Assembly: GCA_963746855.1 (NCBI GenBank)
Contig: CAVVDC010000002.1
Coordinates: 7,588 to 71,587, forward strand
Direction: 5' to 3'
Length of the DNA stretch: 64,000 nucleotides
Source: an uncultured Chloroflexia bacterium
GTDB taxonomy: Bacteria; Chloroflexota; Limnocylindria; Limnocylindrales; CSP1-4
The position numbers and the translations under genes are program-made. This document shows positions 9,400 through 23,213 of this stretch, piece after piece. The notes beneath the pieces are model-generated. The model searched no databases. It had not been told where the DNA came from and saw only the letters and a list, made by a program, of their open reading frames with translations. Every line of letters begins with the position of its first letter. Position 1 is the first letter of the stretch.

Positions 9400-9618
9400 A
9401 TGGAGTACTTCGGCGCCGGACTCGCCGCGCTTGGGGTGATCGGCCCCGGTATCGGGGTCGGCATCATCGGCGGCCTGTCCGCTGCGGCGATCGGCCGCAA
9501 TCCCGACGCGGCCGGACAGATCCGCGGCATCGCGATCATCCTCGCCGCGTTCGCCGAGGGCCTTGGCGTCCTCGCGATCGTCGTCGGTCTGCTCGCGATC
9601 TTCATCCAGCCGGCGTAG
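9400..9618 (+). CDS. atpE: F0F1 ATP synthase subunit c
   Basis: 72-aa hairpin proteolipid with a GxGxGxG helix, an RNP loop and the ion-binding Glu in AFAEGLGV. Confidence 0.95.
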   Translation: MEYFGAGLAALGVIGPGIGVGIIGGLSAAAIGRNPDAAGQIRGIAIILAAFAEGLGVLAIVVGLLAIFIQPA

Positions 9619-9624
9619 TCCACG

Positions 9625-10197
9625 GTGGACATCCTGGCCGTCGCCACGGAGGCGGGCCGTCACGCCGTCCAGCTTGCCGCCGAGGAGGGTGGAGGGGCGC
9701 TGTTCCAGATCAACCTGTTCTGGGTGATCGTCAGCGCGCTCAACTTCATCCTCTTCTTCGTCATCATCTGGACGTTCGCGTTCAAGCCGGTCTCGAAGAT
9801 GCTCGCCGACCGGTCGGCTCGCATCGAGCAGGGCCTGAAGGACGCCGAGCAGGCGCGGCGCGACCGCGAGAACGCCGAGTCGGAGCGAGTCGCGACGCTC
9901 GGCGAGGCGCGTCGGGAGGCGAATGACATCCTGGCTCGTGCCCAGAAGGTCGCCCAGGAGACGCGCGACGCCGATATCGCGGCGACCCGCGAGGAGCTCG
10001 AACGGATGCGCGTTCGCGCGGCGTCCGACATCGACGCGGAGAAGGGGCGAGCGATCGCCGAGCTGCGCGCCGAGGTCGCCGACCTGGCCCTCGCCGCGGC
10101 GAGCCGCGTGGTCGGCGAATCGATGGACGACGCCCGCCAGCGACGCCTGGTCGAGGAGTTCCTGCGCGAGGCGGCCGTCGACGGGTCGAAGAACTGA
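9625..10197 (+). CDS. atpF: F0F1 ATP synthase subunit b
   Basis: GTG start. One N-terminal TM helix (FWVIVSALNFILFFVIIWTFAF), then a long charged Ala/Arg/Glu-rich helix. It sits between atpE and atpH. Confidence 0.9.
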   Translation: MDILAVATEAGRHAVQLAAEEGGGALFQINLFWVIVSALNFILFFVIIWTFAFKPVSKMLADRSARIEQGLKDAEQARRDRENAESERVATLGEARREANDILARAQKVAQETRDADIAATREELERMRVRAASDIDAEKGRAIAELRAEVADLALAAASRVVGESMDDARQRRLVEEFLREAAVDGSKN

Positions 10198-10739
10198 TGG
10201 CTCGCGAATCGGCGGCCCGGCGCTACGCGGAGGCGGCCTTCCAGATCGCCATGCGCGACGGGACCGTCGAGGTGTGGCGTTCCGAACTCGACCTGGCCGG
10301 GGCGGTGGTCGAGGACCCGACCGTCGCCCGTGTGCTGGCCAACCCGGCCGTCGCGCTGGAGAGCCGCGACGCGATGGTCGATTCGGCCATCGGCCCGATC
10401 ATCTCCGGTCCGGTCCTCAACCTGGTCAAGCTCATGCTCCGGCGCGGCCGGATCGATCAGCTGCCGCGCGTCTCGGCGGAGTTCCGCCGACTCGACAACG
10501 CCCGCCAGGGCATCGTGCCCGCCACCGCCACCACCGCCGCTCCGCTCAGCCAGGACGAGGTCCGGGCACTCGTGGGTCGGCTCGAACAGATGACCGGCGG
10601 TCGCATCGAACTCGCGCTCCAGGTCGATCCCAGCCTGCTGGGTGGCTTGGTGGTCCGGGTCGGCGACCGCCTGATCGACGGGAGCGTCAGAGGCCGCCTA
10701 GAGCGGCTGCGCAACCAGCTGGTCTCAGGCGCCCTCTAG
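10197..10739 (+). CDS. atpH: F0F1 ATP synthase subunit delta
   Basis: 180 aa, OSCP/delta-like (RRYAEAAFQIA, LLGGLVVRVGDRLIDGSVRGRL). The ATG overlaps the atpF stop (TGATG). Confidence 0.9.
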   Translation: MARESAARRYAEAAFQIAMRDGTVEVWRSELDLAGAVVEDPTVARVLANPAVALESRDAMVDSAIGPIISGPVLNLVKLMLRRGRIDQLPRVSAEFRRLDNARQGIVPATATTAAPLSQDEVRALVGRLEQMTGGRIELALQVDPSLLGGLVVRVGDRLIDGSVRGRLERLRNQLVSGAL

Positions 10740-10751
10740 GAGATCCCACCC

Positions 10752-12284
<1,533 letters not shown>

Positions 12285-12347
12285 TCCGTTGATGGAACCG
12301 AGAATCCGGCGCTGGGGCGTCGAAGGGCAAGGCGGCGGTGCGCACGA

Positions 12348-12410
12348 GAGCGAGCGCACCCCAAGGTGCGTGAGCGAGCGCGCGCAGCCGACAACGCCGC
12401 CATGCGGCGA
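12348..12410 (+). repeat. REP-like palindromic intergenic repeat, copy 1 (atpA-atpG spacer)
   Basis: GAGCGAGCGCACCCCAAGGTGCGTGAGCGA...CAACGCCGCCATGCGGCGA. The core hairpin is GCGCACC/GGTGCGT. The reverse complement of 15202-15263 matches it at roughly 85% by eye. Confidence 0.7.
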
Positions 12411-12436
12411 TCACAGCGCCGGCCAGGGACCACGCA

Positions 12437-14732
<2,296 letters not shown>

Positions 14733-14734
14733 CC

Positions 14735-15163
14735 ATGCCGCTGCTGCTCGAGATCGTCACGCCCGAACGGTTGGCCTACTCGGACATGGTCGACTCGGTC
14801 GTCCTGCCCGGGAGCGAGGGCGAGCTCGGTGTCCTGCCCCATCACGCCCCGCTCGTCTCGATGCTCGGCGTTGGCGAGCTCCGCATCCGCAAGGGTGGCG
14901 TCGAGGAGTCGTTCGCCATCGCGGGCGGTTTCCTCCAGGTCCGCCCGGACAAGGTCGTGGTGATGGCCGAGACCGCTGACATGGCGAGTGAGATCGACCT
15001 CGAGAAGGCGCAGCAGGCGCGCCTGGAGGCGGAACGGGCGCTCGAGGAGGTCAGCGGCGAGCCGGCCGACCTGGCCCGCGCCCGCGCCCAGCTCCAGACG
15101 GCGCTCCTGCGGATCCGCGTTGCGGAACGTCGTTACCGAGAGGGTCCGCGGCACCGCGGGTGA
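14735..15163 (+). CDS. atpC: F0F1 ATP synthase subunit epsilon
   Basis: 142 aa with a beta-sandwich N-terminus (LEIVTPERLAYSDMVDSVVLPGSEGELGVLPHHAPL) and a helical C-terminus. Last gene of the atp operon. Confidence 0.92.
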   Translation: MPLLLEIVTPERLAYSDMVDSVVLPGSEGELGVLPHHAPLVSMLGVGELRIRKGGVEESFAIAGGFLQVRPDKVVVMAETADMASEIDLEKAQQARLEAERALEEVSGEPADLARARAQLQTALLRIRVAERRYREGPRHRG

Positions 15164-15201
15164 CGTTTTCGTGCCGACGAACAACGGGATCGCCGCGGCG
15201 C

Positions 15202-15263
15202 TCGCCCATGCCGGCGTTGGCGCCTCCGCTCGTTCGCTCACGCACCTTGGAGTGCGCTCGTTC
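15202..15263 (-). repeat. REP-like palindromic intergenic repeat, copy 2 (atpC-murA spacer), inverted relative to copy 1
   Basis: The reverse complement reads GAACGAGCGCACTCCAAGGTGCGTGAGCGA...CAACGCCGGCATGGGCGA and aligns with 12348-12410. Confidence 0.7.
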
Positions 15264-15321
15264 ACGTGCTCGACGCCGCCTTGGTCTGGACGGCGGCGCG
15301 GCGACTTCGCAGATCTGACGC

Positions 15322-16668
15322 ATGGCTGACGCTCGACCGTTCCACTGGGAGTACCGGCCGGATCCCGTGACGCGGGAACTCTTCCGGGTCGAAGGTGGTC
15401 GCCCGCTCAACGGGATCGTGCCGATCAGCGGCGCGAAGAATGCCGCCCTGAAGCTCATGGCCGCGGCCACCCTGACGGGCGAACGCTGCCGCCTCACGAA
15501 CGTGCCCGACATCGAGGACGTCCGGGTCCTCGCCGACACGCTGCGCGACCTCGGCGTCGTCGTCGACCGGACGGAGCCGAACACGTACGAGATCGCCTCG
15601 GGCGACGTCGAGTGGCTGTTCGTGCCTCTGGAGGCCGCGGCAAAGATGCGGGCCAGCTTCATCCTGCTCGGCCCGCTGCTGACCCGCTTCGGACGGGTCA
15701 TCATCAGCAACCCCGGCGGGGACCGGATCGGGCGACGTCCCGTGGACCTGCACGTCGACGCGATGCGCGCGCTCGGGGCTTCGATCGACTACCGCAACGG
15801 CTACTACTTCGCGACCGCGCCCGGACGACTGCGCGGGGCCGAGGTCACCTTCCCGTTCGTGTCGGTCATGGGCACGGAGAACGCGATGCTCGCCGCGACC
15901 CTCGCGGAGGGCCACACCGTCATCCGACCGGCCGCCCAGGAACCGGAGGTCGACGACCTCATCGCCTTCCTGTGCTCGATGGGCGCCGAGGTCGAGCGAA
16001 CCGCGCCGGACACGATCGAGATCGAGGGCCGCAAGCGCCTGCGTGGAGCCGAGCACCGGGTCGTGCCCGACCGGATCGAGGCCGGCACGTTCGTCGTCGC
16101 GGCGGCCGTCACCGGCGGGCGCGTGACCCTCGAAGGTGCGCCATGCGACCACCTCGGCGAGTTCCTCGACGTGATCGGCCGGGTCGGTGTGGGCATCGCC
16201 TGCGGGACCGACACCATCGAGGTGGACGGCTCCGCCCTGCGCGGGAGCGGGTACCGCTCGACCGATGTCGAGACCGCCCCGTATCCCGGCCTGGCGACAG
16301 ACCTGCAGCCAGCGGTCTGCGTCCTGCTGACCCAGGCCAAGGGCACGTCCCATGTCCACGAGGCGATCTTCGAGGACCGTCTCGAGTGGCTCACCGAGGC
16401 CCGCAAGATGGGCGTCGTCGCGGAGACGCAGGACGCCCAGCACGCGACCATCAGCGGTCCAGCGGCGCTGCGCGGCGCCGAGGTGGAGATCGGCGATCTT
16501 CGGGCTGGCGCGTCTCTCATCCTGGCCGCGCTGGCCGCCGAGGGCACCTCCACGATCCACGGCGCACACCACGTTCACCGAGGCTATGAGAACATCGAGC
16601 GGAAGTTCGTGGATCTCGGCGCCCGGATCGAGCGCCTCGCGGAAGGGACGACTGTCACCACCTCATGA
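15322..16668 (+). CDS. murA: UDP-N-acetylglucosamine 1-carboxyvinyltransferase
   Basis: 448 aa with motifs [28 protein letters not shown] (an Asp-type active-site loop), [15 protein letters not shown] and HRGYENIE. Confidence 0.95.
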   Translation: MADARPFHWEYRPDPVTRELFRVEGGRPLNGIVPISGAKNAALKLMAAATLTGERCRLTNVPDIEDVRVLADTLRDLGVVVDRTEPNTYEIASGDVEWLFVPLEAAAKMRASFILLGPLLTRFGRVIISNPGGDRIGRRPVDLHVDAMRALGASIDYRNGYYFATAPGRLRGAEVTFPFVSVMGTENAMLAATLAEGHTVIRPAAQEPEVDDLIAFLCSMGAEVERTAPDTIEIEGRKRLRGAEHRVVPDRIEAGTFVVAAAVTGGRVTLEGAPCDHLGEFLDVIGRVGVGIACGTDTIEVDGSALRGSGYRSTDVETAPYPGLATDLQPAVCVLLTQAKGTSHVHEAIFEDRLEWLTEARKMGVVAETQDAQHATISGPAALRGAEVEIGDLRAGASLILAALAAEGTSTIHGAHHVHRGYENIERKFVDLGARIERLAEGTTVTTS

Positions 16669-17663
16669 AGATCGGCATCGACCTCGGCACGGCCAACGTG
16701 CTCGTCTACGTCAAGGGCAAGGGCATCGTCATCACCGAGCCCAGCGTGGTGGCCGTGTCCGACGACAACCGGATCGTGGCGGTCGGGGAGGAGGCCCGCG
16801 AGATGATCGGGCGCACGCCCGGCAACATCCAGGCCATCCGCCCGATGAAGGACGGGGTCATCGCCGACTACGTCATCACCGAGGCGATGCTCCGCTTCTT
16901 CATCGCCAAGGCCACCAAGGGTCGGATCGGGTTCAACCGTCCCGAGGTGATGATCAGTGTGCCGGCCGGCGTCACCAGCGTCGAGAAGCGGGCCGTTCGC
17001 GACGCCGCCCTCAAGGCGGGAGCCAGGGAGGCGTTCCTCATCGAGGAGCCGCTCGCTGCCGCCATCGGCGCCAACGTGCCGATCAGCGGCCCGTCCGGGA
17101 ACATGATCATCGACATCGGGGGCGGCACCAGCGAGATCGCGGTGATCGCGCTCGGCGGGATCGTCGTCTCGCACAGCCTGCGGGTCGGCGGCAACAAGTT
17201 CGATGAATCGATCGCGACCTACGTCCGCAAGAAGTACAACCTGATGATCGGCGAGCGGACGGCCGAAGAGGTCAAGATCCAGATCGGGACAGCCCTCCCG
17301 CTCGAGCGCGAGATGACGATGGAGGTGCGCGGTCGGGACCTGATCGCTGGCCTGCCGCGGACGATCCCCATCACGAGCTCCGAGGTGATGGAGGCCATCG
17401 AGGCGCCGCTCCAGCAGCTCGTGGCTGCGGTTCGCAGCGTCCTGGAGCAGACCCCGCCGGAACTGTCGAGCGACATCATCGACAAGGGCATGGTCATGTC
17501 CGGGGGCGGGGCGCTGCTGCGCAACATCGACCGGCTCCTGACGCAGGTCACCGGCGTCCCGTGCCACGTCGCCGAGGACCCGCTGAACTGCGTGGCGCTG
17601 GGCACGGGACTGGCACTCGAGCACTTCGACTTTTTCAAGAAGTCGCTCGTCCAGCAGATCTAA
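16665..17663 (+). CDS. mreB: rod-shape-determining actin homolog MreB/Mbl
   Basis: 332 aa with motifs [36 protein letters not shown] and [13 protein letters not shown]. The ATG overlaps the murA stop (ATGA). Confidence 0.95.
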   Translation: MKIGIDLGTANVLVYVKGKGIVITEPSVVAVSDDNRIVAVGEEAREMIGRTPGNIQAIRPMKDGVIADYVITEAMLRFFIAKATKGRIGFNRPEVMISVPAGVTSVEKRAVRDAALKAGAREAFLIEEPLAAAIGANVPISGPSGNMIIDIGGGTSEIAVIALGGIVVSHSLRVGGNKFDESIATYVRKKYNLMIGERTAEEVKIQIGTALPLEREMTMEVRGRDLIAGLPRTIPITSSEVMEAIEAPLQQLVAAVRSVLEQTPPELSSDIIDKGMVMSGGGALLRNIDRLLTQVTGVPCHVAEDPLNCVALGTGLALEHFDFFKKSLVQQI

Positions 17664-17825
17664 CGTGGCCCGGACACGGCGGTCGGTCGCGGGTCCTGTC
17701 GGCGGGCGAACCCCGGTTCGCTTGGGCCGCGCTTCGCTGCCGGTCCGGCGCGAACCGAGAACCGCCCTCCGCCACCCGCGCCCCACCGCCGTGGTCGCCT
17801 CCAGCTCTCTCGTGACTCGCTTCCG

Positions 17826-18545
17826 ATGACTCGGGCGTTCATCGATCTGCATTGCCATACCGACGCCAGTTTCGACTCGTTGTCGAGGGCTCGCGATGTC
17901 ATGCGGGCCGCGGCGGTTCGGGGGTTGACGCACCTGGCCATCACGGACCACGACCGGATCGACGGGGCGCTCGCGGCGCGCGAGGCCGCCCCGGAGGGCC
18001 TCACCGTGATCGTCGGGGAGGAGGTCAAGACCGCGGACGGGGACCTGATCTGCATCTTCCTCGAACAAACGATCCCGCCCGGGCTCCCGGCTCTCGCGAC
18101 CATCCGGGCCGCTCGCGACCAGGGGGGCCTGGTCGGCATCCCGCACCCGTTCGATCAATGGCGTGGGTCGCTCTTGAAGGACGCCCGGATGGAGGCCATC
18201 GCGGCCCACGTCGACTGGATCGAGGGCCACAACGCCCGCCTGGTCGGCAGCGGCAACGATCGCGCCCTGGCCTTCGCCCGCGAGGTCGGACGTCCCGTGG
18301 TCGCCGTGTCGGACGCGCATACCACGCTCGAGGTCGCGGTCGCGTACACGGTCGTCGATGGCGATCCCTCGACCCCGGCTGGGCTGCTGGCCGCGCTCGC
18401 CTCGGCCCAGCTCGTCCCCGGGCGGGCGAGCTACCTCGCCCGGCTCGTGACCCCGGTCGCGAAGATCGTCCAGCGCAGCCGCGGGCGCGGCCGGATCCAG
18501 CCCGAGGCGATCGGCACGGGCCACTCGTCTGAAGGTCCGTCATGA
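17826..18545 (+). CDS. PHP-domain metal-dependent phosphoesterase
   Basis: Motifs IDLHCHTDASFDS, ITDHDRIDG, IPHPF and VSDAHT are typical PHP His/Asp ligands. Confidence 0.8.
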   Translation: MTRAFIDLHCHTDASFDSLSRARDVMRAAAVRGLTHLAITDHDRIDGALAAREAAPEGLTVIVGEEVKTADGDLICIFLEQTIPPGLPALATIRAARDQGGLVGIPHPFDQWRGSLLKDARMEAIAAHVDWIEGHNARLVGSGNDRALAFAREVGRPVVAVSDAHTTLEVAVAYTVVDGDPSTPAGLLAALASAQLVPGRASYLARLVTPVAKIVQRSRGRGRIQPEAIGTGHSSEGPS

Positions 18546-19726
18546 GCGGACCCGACGAACAGGACCATCGGCCGGTGGCGAACGAGCCGCCCGGGCCGGT
18601 AGCCTCCGAACCCATGGAGATCAGCCCCGGCTTGGAGCTTGCCCAGCCGCGCCCGGCGACCGGCCCGGCGCCCGCCGAGGACGACGTGACGCCCGAGCAG
18701 GTCTCGCTCGGAACGCGCCTGCGCCAGACGAAGACCATCGTTTCCATCCTGGTCCCGTTGGCCATCATCGTGGCCTTCGTCGGCCTCAACTGGCAGGTAC
18801 TCTCGAAGGTCCCGTCCCTGATCGCCGCCGCGAACCCGGCGCTCGTACTGGTCGCGTTCCTCGTGTTCTACAGCGGTTTCCCCCTGCGCGGTCTGCGCTG
18901 GGCGATCCTGCTGCGGGGGACCGGGTTCCAGATCCGGACCAAGGACTCTACCGAGATCATCTTCCTGTCCTGGCTGGTCAACTGCGTGGTCCCCGCCAAG
19001 CTCGGCGACTTCTACCGCGCCTATCTCCTCAAGATCAACAGCACCGTCTCATTGAGCCGGACGTTCGGGACCGTCTTCATCGAGCGGTGCCTCGACCTGA
19101 TCGCGATCGCGCTCCTGGGCATCGCCGCCGGCTACTGGAGCTTCCGCGACGGGCTGCCAGCGGCCATCCAGATCGTCTTCGGGATCGGTGTCGTGGTCGT
19201 CGCCGTGCTCGCGGTCGGGCTCTTCACGATGCGCAACTTCGGGCGACGGATCATCATCGCCCTGCCGCTCCCGCACAACGTCCTGGATCTGTACGATCGA
19301 TTCGAGGAGGGGGTCTTCGGGGCCGTCCGGCTGCGGCAGATGCCCGTGCTGCTCTTTCTGACGGGCACCATCTGGATGACGGAGGCGCTGCGGCTCTACT
19401 TCGTGGTCCAGGCGCTGGGCTTCCCGGACGTGGAGCTGGGCCTGTCGGGGGCGGTCTTCGTGGCGCTGATCGGCTCGCTGCTGACGGCGGTGCCCCTCAG
19501 CCCGGCCGGCCTCGGGATCGTCGAGGCGGGCGTGGTCGGCGTCCTGACCGTCGCCTATGGCATCCCGCTCCCCGAGGCGACGGCGATCGCCCTGCTCGAC
19601 CGCGTGATCAGCGTCTTCTCGGTCATCGTGCTCGGTTCCATCGCCTATGTCATCTCGCCCAAGCCACGCGGCATGGGCCAGATCGTGCAGCCGGCGACGG
19701 CGGCGACGCCCCTCTCGACCGTCTGA
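18542..19726 (+). CDS. flippase-like membrane protein (UPF0104 / lysylphosphatidylglycerol-synthase TM-region family)
   Basis: About 8 TM helices with family-typical motifs (RGLRWAILLRG, PAKLGDFYRAYLL, PLSPAGLGIVEAG). The ATG overlaps the PHP stop (ATGA). Confidence 0.7.
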   Translation: MSGPDEQDHRPVANEPPGPVASEPMEISPGLELAQPRPATGPAPAEDDVTPEQVSLGTRLRQTKTIVSILVPLAIIVAFVGLNWQVLSKVPSLIAAANPALVLVAFLVFYSGFPLRGLRWAILLRGTGFQIRTKDSTEIIFLSWLVNCVVPAKLGDFYRAYLLKINSTVSLSRTFGTVFIERCLDLIAIALLGIAAGYWSFRDGLPAAIQIVFGIGVVVVAVLAVGLFTMRNFGRRIIIALPLPHNVLDLYDRFEEGVFGAVRLRQMPVLLFLTGTIWMTEALRLYFVVQALGFPDVELGLSGAVFVALIGSLLTAVPLSPAGLGIVEAGVVGVLTVAYGIPLPEATAIALLDRVISVFSVIVLGSIAYVISPKPRGMGQIVQPATAATPLSTV

Positions 19727-19973
19727 ACGCGCGGGCACCTGGTCCGGACGGTGAACCGCCCGTCGCTGGGGGACGTACATTCGTCCGGGGGGACACCCCG
19801 ATCTTCTTCGCCCCTCTCCCGGCCTGACCGCACCGGACTCACCCGGTCGCAGAGGGGTGTTGCGAGCGTGCAAGCGGTACCAACGGGGGATACAGGACCC
19901 CTTGGGCTGACTCGATAGTTGGGGTATCGCGGCATCGGCCGCGGGCCGACCCGGACGGAGCGCCCTCTCTGAT

Positions 19974-20513
19974 ATGACGACCCAAAACGGCCGAGCCTTC
20001 AACGAATGGTTGAGAGCCCAGCTCAAGGCCAAGAAGATGTCCCAGCGGCAACTTGCCCAGCAGTCGGGCGTCGACCACTCGACGATCTCCCGGCTCATCC
20101 GCGGGGACCGCATGCCGTCGCTCGGCACCGCCACGAAACTGGCGCGGGGCCTGCGCGAACTGCGCGACGACGCTGATACGCCTCAATACCTCGGCCTGGT
20201 GGCCTCGGGCTCGATGAACCCGACCGCCCGCGTCGAGTACTCGCTTCGCGCGGACGAGCTCCTCACCGAGCCGCAGGTCCGCCAGATCATGGAGTACTAC
20301 CTGGCCGTGCGGATGCGCCGCTACGGCCGTCCGTTCCAGCCGACGGAGTCGGCCTCGGGCAACGCCGATCGCTCGAACGAGCGCACGCTGGGTCGTCCAG
20401 CCGCGCCCGGCCGACCGATGGGTGCCGGGGGGAGCTCGACGCCGGTCGGTGTGGGCATCGGATCCGTTCGACCGGTCACGCGCAGCGCGGGACCTGAGCG
20501 GGGCCGTTACTGA
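19974..20513 (+). CDS. XRE-family helix-turn-helix transcriptional regulator
   Basis: The N-terminal HTH is MSQRQLAQQSGVDHSTISRLIRGDRMPSLGTATKLARGL. Confidence 0.8.
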   Translation: MTTQNGRAFNEWLRAQLKAKKMSQRQLAQQSGVDHSTISRLIRGDRMPSLGTATKLARGLRELRDDADTPQYLGLVASGSMNPTARVEYSLRADELLTEPQVRQIMEYYLAVRMRRYGRPFQPTESASGNADRSNERTLGRPAAPGRPMGAGGSSTPVGVGIGSVRPVTRSAGPERGRY

Positions 20514-20567
20514 GCATCTACCAGGGCACGACCCGGACCGCCCTCCACCGTCCGGGTCTCGGGGACA

Positions 20568-20606
20568 GCGAACGCCGGCGTCTGGGGCGCCGGCGTTCGC
20601 CTTTCC
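20568..20606. terminator. bidirectional hairpin terminator between the convergent XRE and GT39 genes
   Basis: Perfect 13-bp stem GCGAACGCCGGCG / CGCCGGCGTTCGC with a 7-nt loop, followed by CTTTCC. Confidence 0.55.
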
Positions 20607-20616
20607 GGTTCCGGGA

Positions 20617-22215
20617 TCAGGGCTGGACGTAGACCGTGACGTACCGTCCGGGCGCGGCCTCGAACCGGTCGCGCACCACCGGCGCCTGACCGGCCCCGTC
20701 CGCCCCCGTTGCGGGGAACGGGTCCGCCTGGAGCATCGCCTCTTCCGCCGGGCCGCCGCATGGCGACGCGATCGCCGTCTCGAAGAGCGCGTCGCACACG
20801 ATCACGAGGGTCTGGGTCGCCTCCTCGGGGACGATATGGACGCCATCGCGGGTCAGCGGGTACCCGTACGTGTCGGCCGGCTTGAAGGTCGGCAGCGAGC
20901 GGATGGCCATGGCTCGCGCGTCCGTCGCCGCCTGGATGCGCGTCGCCGCCTCGGCAGCCGCGGGAAACCCGCCATCGGGCGCGATCGATGGTGGCAGGTG
21001 GGCCACGTTCCACGCGACGAAGGCCACGCCGACGACGCCCGCGACGACGACTGGCACGAGCGTCGCCGGTCGTCGGTCGGGTGACTCCCGCCAGTTCCGC
21101 CCGGCCGCCGCCGCCCCGATCCCGGCCAGCACGAAGACCATCGGGTCCGCGAATGCGTGGTAGTGGTCGTTGGGGAGGCCCGGCACCACGACCGCGAGGC
21201 TCGCCGCGGCGACGGTCAGGAAGCCCGCCGTCCAGAGCAGCCCGAGGCCAAGCCAGCGGACCGCCGTCCGTTCGTCGGCATCGGGGCTGCGCCAGCGCCA
21301 GATGACGATGCCGATCACGATCGCCAACGCCGCCACGGCGGCGGCGAGTGAATTGGTGATCAGCCCGGTCAGTGGCCACGAGACGACGCGGATGAACACC
21401 ACGAGGACGCGCGTGATGAGGGGCGACGCGACCGGGTCGCCGCCGGCCTGCAGGTAGTCGAGCGCCGCCCGGACCTCGGCGAAGTCGGTCGTGAGCTCGT
21501 GGACGACGAGCGGGACGTACGTCAGGGCGACGATCGCCAGACCGGCGAGACCCGCGCGGACGACCGCCTGACGGCCGGGCCCCGCGGCCTGGCGGCGCGC
21601 GTCGGCGACGAGCAACGCGCCAGTCACCGGAAGGAGGGTCACGCCGAGGACGTGGCATTGCATCGTCACGGCCGTGCCGACCGCGGCCAGGAGCCACCAT
21701 CGGGCACGCCCGGTCGACCAGGCGCGCCACGCGCCGGCCAGCGCGACCGCGCTCGACAGGGCGATGAGGTTCGGGTTCCAGATGAACGTCGACTCCTCGA
21801 CCGCGGACGCCGAGACCGCCATCGCGAGACCCGCCACGAACCCGGCGATCGGGCCGGCGATGGACCGGGCGAGCCACCAGGTCACGCCCACGGCGGCGAT
21901 CCCGAACAGGGCGATCTCGAGGGTCACGGCGAGCGGCGAATCGCCGCCGGTGAGGGCGGCGGACGGGGCGAGCAGGTAGTAGTAGACCGCGCCGTGGTGG
22001 AAGTCGCCGATCGACGTCGGCGGACCGAGGAGCGGCACGACGCCATTCCGGACAAGGGCACGCAGGACCAGCATGTCGTGGCCCTGGTCTGCGTCCCAGG
22101 TGCCCCGCGTCGCCAGGTCCGGCAAGCGAAGGGCGGCCGCGACGGCGAGGAGCACGAGCAGCGCGATCACGTCCCTGGCGATCGCGTCGCGCGGGCGCGA
22201 CGGCGCCGGGGTCAT
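20617..22215 (-). CDS. ArnT/PMT-like GT-C glycosyltransferase (GT39-like)
   Basis: 532 aa and polytopic. The N-terminal loop motif (DADQGHDMLVLRALV...LLGPPTSIGDFHHGAVYYYLLAP) is typical of GT39/ArnT-like enzymes. I chose this frame over the alternative frame 20507..22261. Confidence 0.75.
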   Translation of the reverse strand: MTPAPSRPRDAIARDVIALLVLLAVAAALRLPDLATRGTWDADQGHDMLVLRALVRNGVVPLLGPPTSIGDFHHGAVYYYLLAPSAALTGGDSPLAVTLEIALFGIAAVGVTWWLARSIAGPIAGFVAGLAMAVSASAVEESTFIWNPNLIALSSAVALAGAWRAWSTGRARWWLLAAVGTAVTMQCHVLGVTLLPVTGALLVADARRQAAGPGRQAVVRAGLAGLAIVALTYVPLVVHELTTDFAEVRAALDYLQAGGDPVASPLITRVLVVFIRVVSWPLTGLITNSLAAAVAALAIVIGIVIWRWRSPDADERTAVRWLGLGLLWTAGFLTVAAASLAVVVPGLPNDHYHAFADPMVFVLAGIGAAAAGRNWRESPDRRPATLVPVVVAGVVGVAFVAWNVAHLPPSIAPDGGFPAAAEAATRIQAATDARAMAIRSLPTFKPADTYGYPLTRDGVHIVPEEATQTLVIVCDALFETAIASPCGGPAEEAMLQADPFPATGADGAGQAPVVRDRFEAAPGRYVTVYVQP

Positions 22216-23213
22216 GACGCGAGCTCGCTCGGTGCGGGATCGGGCGGTCCCGTCCGGGCACGGCTGCCGCGCATCGTCAGCGCCTCGGGCGGCAGGTCCG
22301 CGAGCGGCCGGCCAGCCGCCAGGTCGTAGGCACGGGCCACGTTGACCGCGTCGTAGCCCTCGTCCATGCCAGGCGTCTCGAGGTAGTACGTCGTCTTGCT
22401 GAGGCCCGGGTGGGTCAGGATCGCCGCGAGGCCCGCGGCCCCGATCCGGCCGGCCCCGAGGTGCTCGTGGCGGTCGGCATGCGAGCCACGCTCCGACTTC
22501 GAATCGTTGAGATGGACCATGACCAGGCGGTCGAGCCCGATCCGCCTGTCGAAGTCGGCCAGGAAGGCGTCGATGGCGTCCGGGCTCGAGAGGTCCACGC
22601 CCGCGCCCCAGGCATGGGCGGTATCGAGGCAGAACGCGATCCGGTCGTCGGCGATCCCGCGCGCGGCGATCGCGTCGGCGATGTCGTGCAGCTCGGCCAC
22701 GCTCGTCCCGAGCCCGAACCCGCTGCCGGAAGAGTTCTCGAGCACGAGCCGTGCGGCACCAGGCGCGTCGTCGACCTCGGCGAGGACCTGCGCGACCGCG
22801 TCGGCCAGCCGGGTCGTGCCGGCCGCGACGGACGTGTCCCGGTGGGATCCGATGTGGACGTTGACGAACCGCGCCTCGAACGCTGGCGCGGCTCGGAGCT
22901 CATGCGCCAGCAACGAGATCGACCGTTCCCGGAAGTCCGGTTCCGGGCCGGCCAGGTTGATGAGGTACGACGCGTGGATGGCCACGGGTCCGACATCGCG
23001 GGCCAGGAGCCGCTCGCGGAAGGCGGGCAGCTCTGCCGGCGGCTCGGCGCGGCGACGCCAGGCGGTCGGGTTGTCGCCGAAGATCTGCAAGGCCGAGGCC
23101 CCGATGGTGTGGGCGCGCTCGACGGCCTTCACCATGCCGTTCGCCAGGGGCAGGTGGGCACCGAGGCGACGGCCGTCTGGAAGCACGGGCGCATCGTACG
23201 ATGCGCGCGCCAT
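22212..23213 (-). CDS. nfo: deoxyribonuclease IV (endonuclease IV)
   Basis: Motifs LGAHL, ALQIF, HASYLINL, VHIGSH, LENSSGSG, CLDTAHAWGAG and HLNDSK. The start is set at ATG 23213 (alternative GTG 23186), because the ORF-track start at 23363 overlaps the divergent gene. The stop overlaps the GT39 start (ATGA). Confidence 0.9.
   Translation of the reverse strand: MARASYDAPVLPDGRRLGAHLPLANGMVKAVERAHTIGASALQIFGDNPTAWRRRAEPPAELPAFRERLLARDVGPVAIHASYLINLAGPEPDFRERSISLLAHELRAAPAFEARFVNVHIGSHRDTSVAAGTTRLADAVAQVLAEVDDAPGAARLVLENSSGSGFGLGTSVAELHDIADAIAARGIADDRIAFCLDTAHAWGAGVDLSSPDAIDAFLADFDRRIGLDRLVMVHLNDSKSERGSHADRHEHLGAGRIGAAGLAAILTHPGLSKTTYYLETPGMDEGYDAVNVARAYDLAAGRPLADLPPEALTMRGSRARTGPPDPAPSELAS

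Noticed and set aside
12285-12436. A short ORF reading through the atpA-atpG spacer (MEPRIRRWGVEGQGGG...ERTPRCVSERAQ), with a similar peptide on the opposite strand after atpC.
   Set aside because: The shared peptide arises from the inverted nucleotide repeat. The two copies are in opposite orientations relative to the operon and have no RBS, so a structured non-coding repeat is the simpler explanation.
19727-19973. A 247-nt GC-rich leader upstream of the XRE regulator with several small hairpins, considered as a possible riboswitch or sRNA.
   Set aside because: I could not match it to any riboswitch consensus I know, and there is no clear terminator or anti-terminator pair. It stays unassigned and would need a covariance-model scan such as Rfam/Infernal.
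20507-22261. An alternative-frame 584-aa minus-strand ORF overlapping the GT39-like gene.
   Set aside because: Its translation is Arg/Pro/Gly-rich with no TM helices. The frame 20617..22215 gives a coherent polytopic GT39-like protein and an ATGA junction with nfo.
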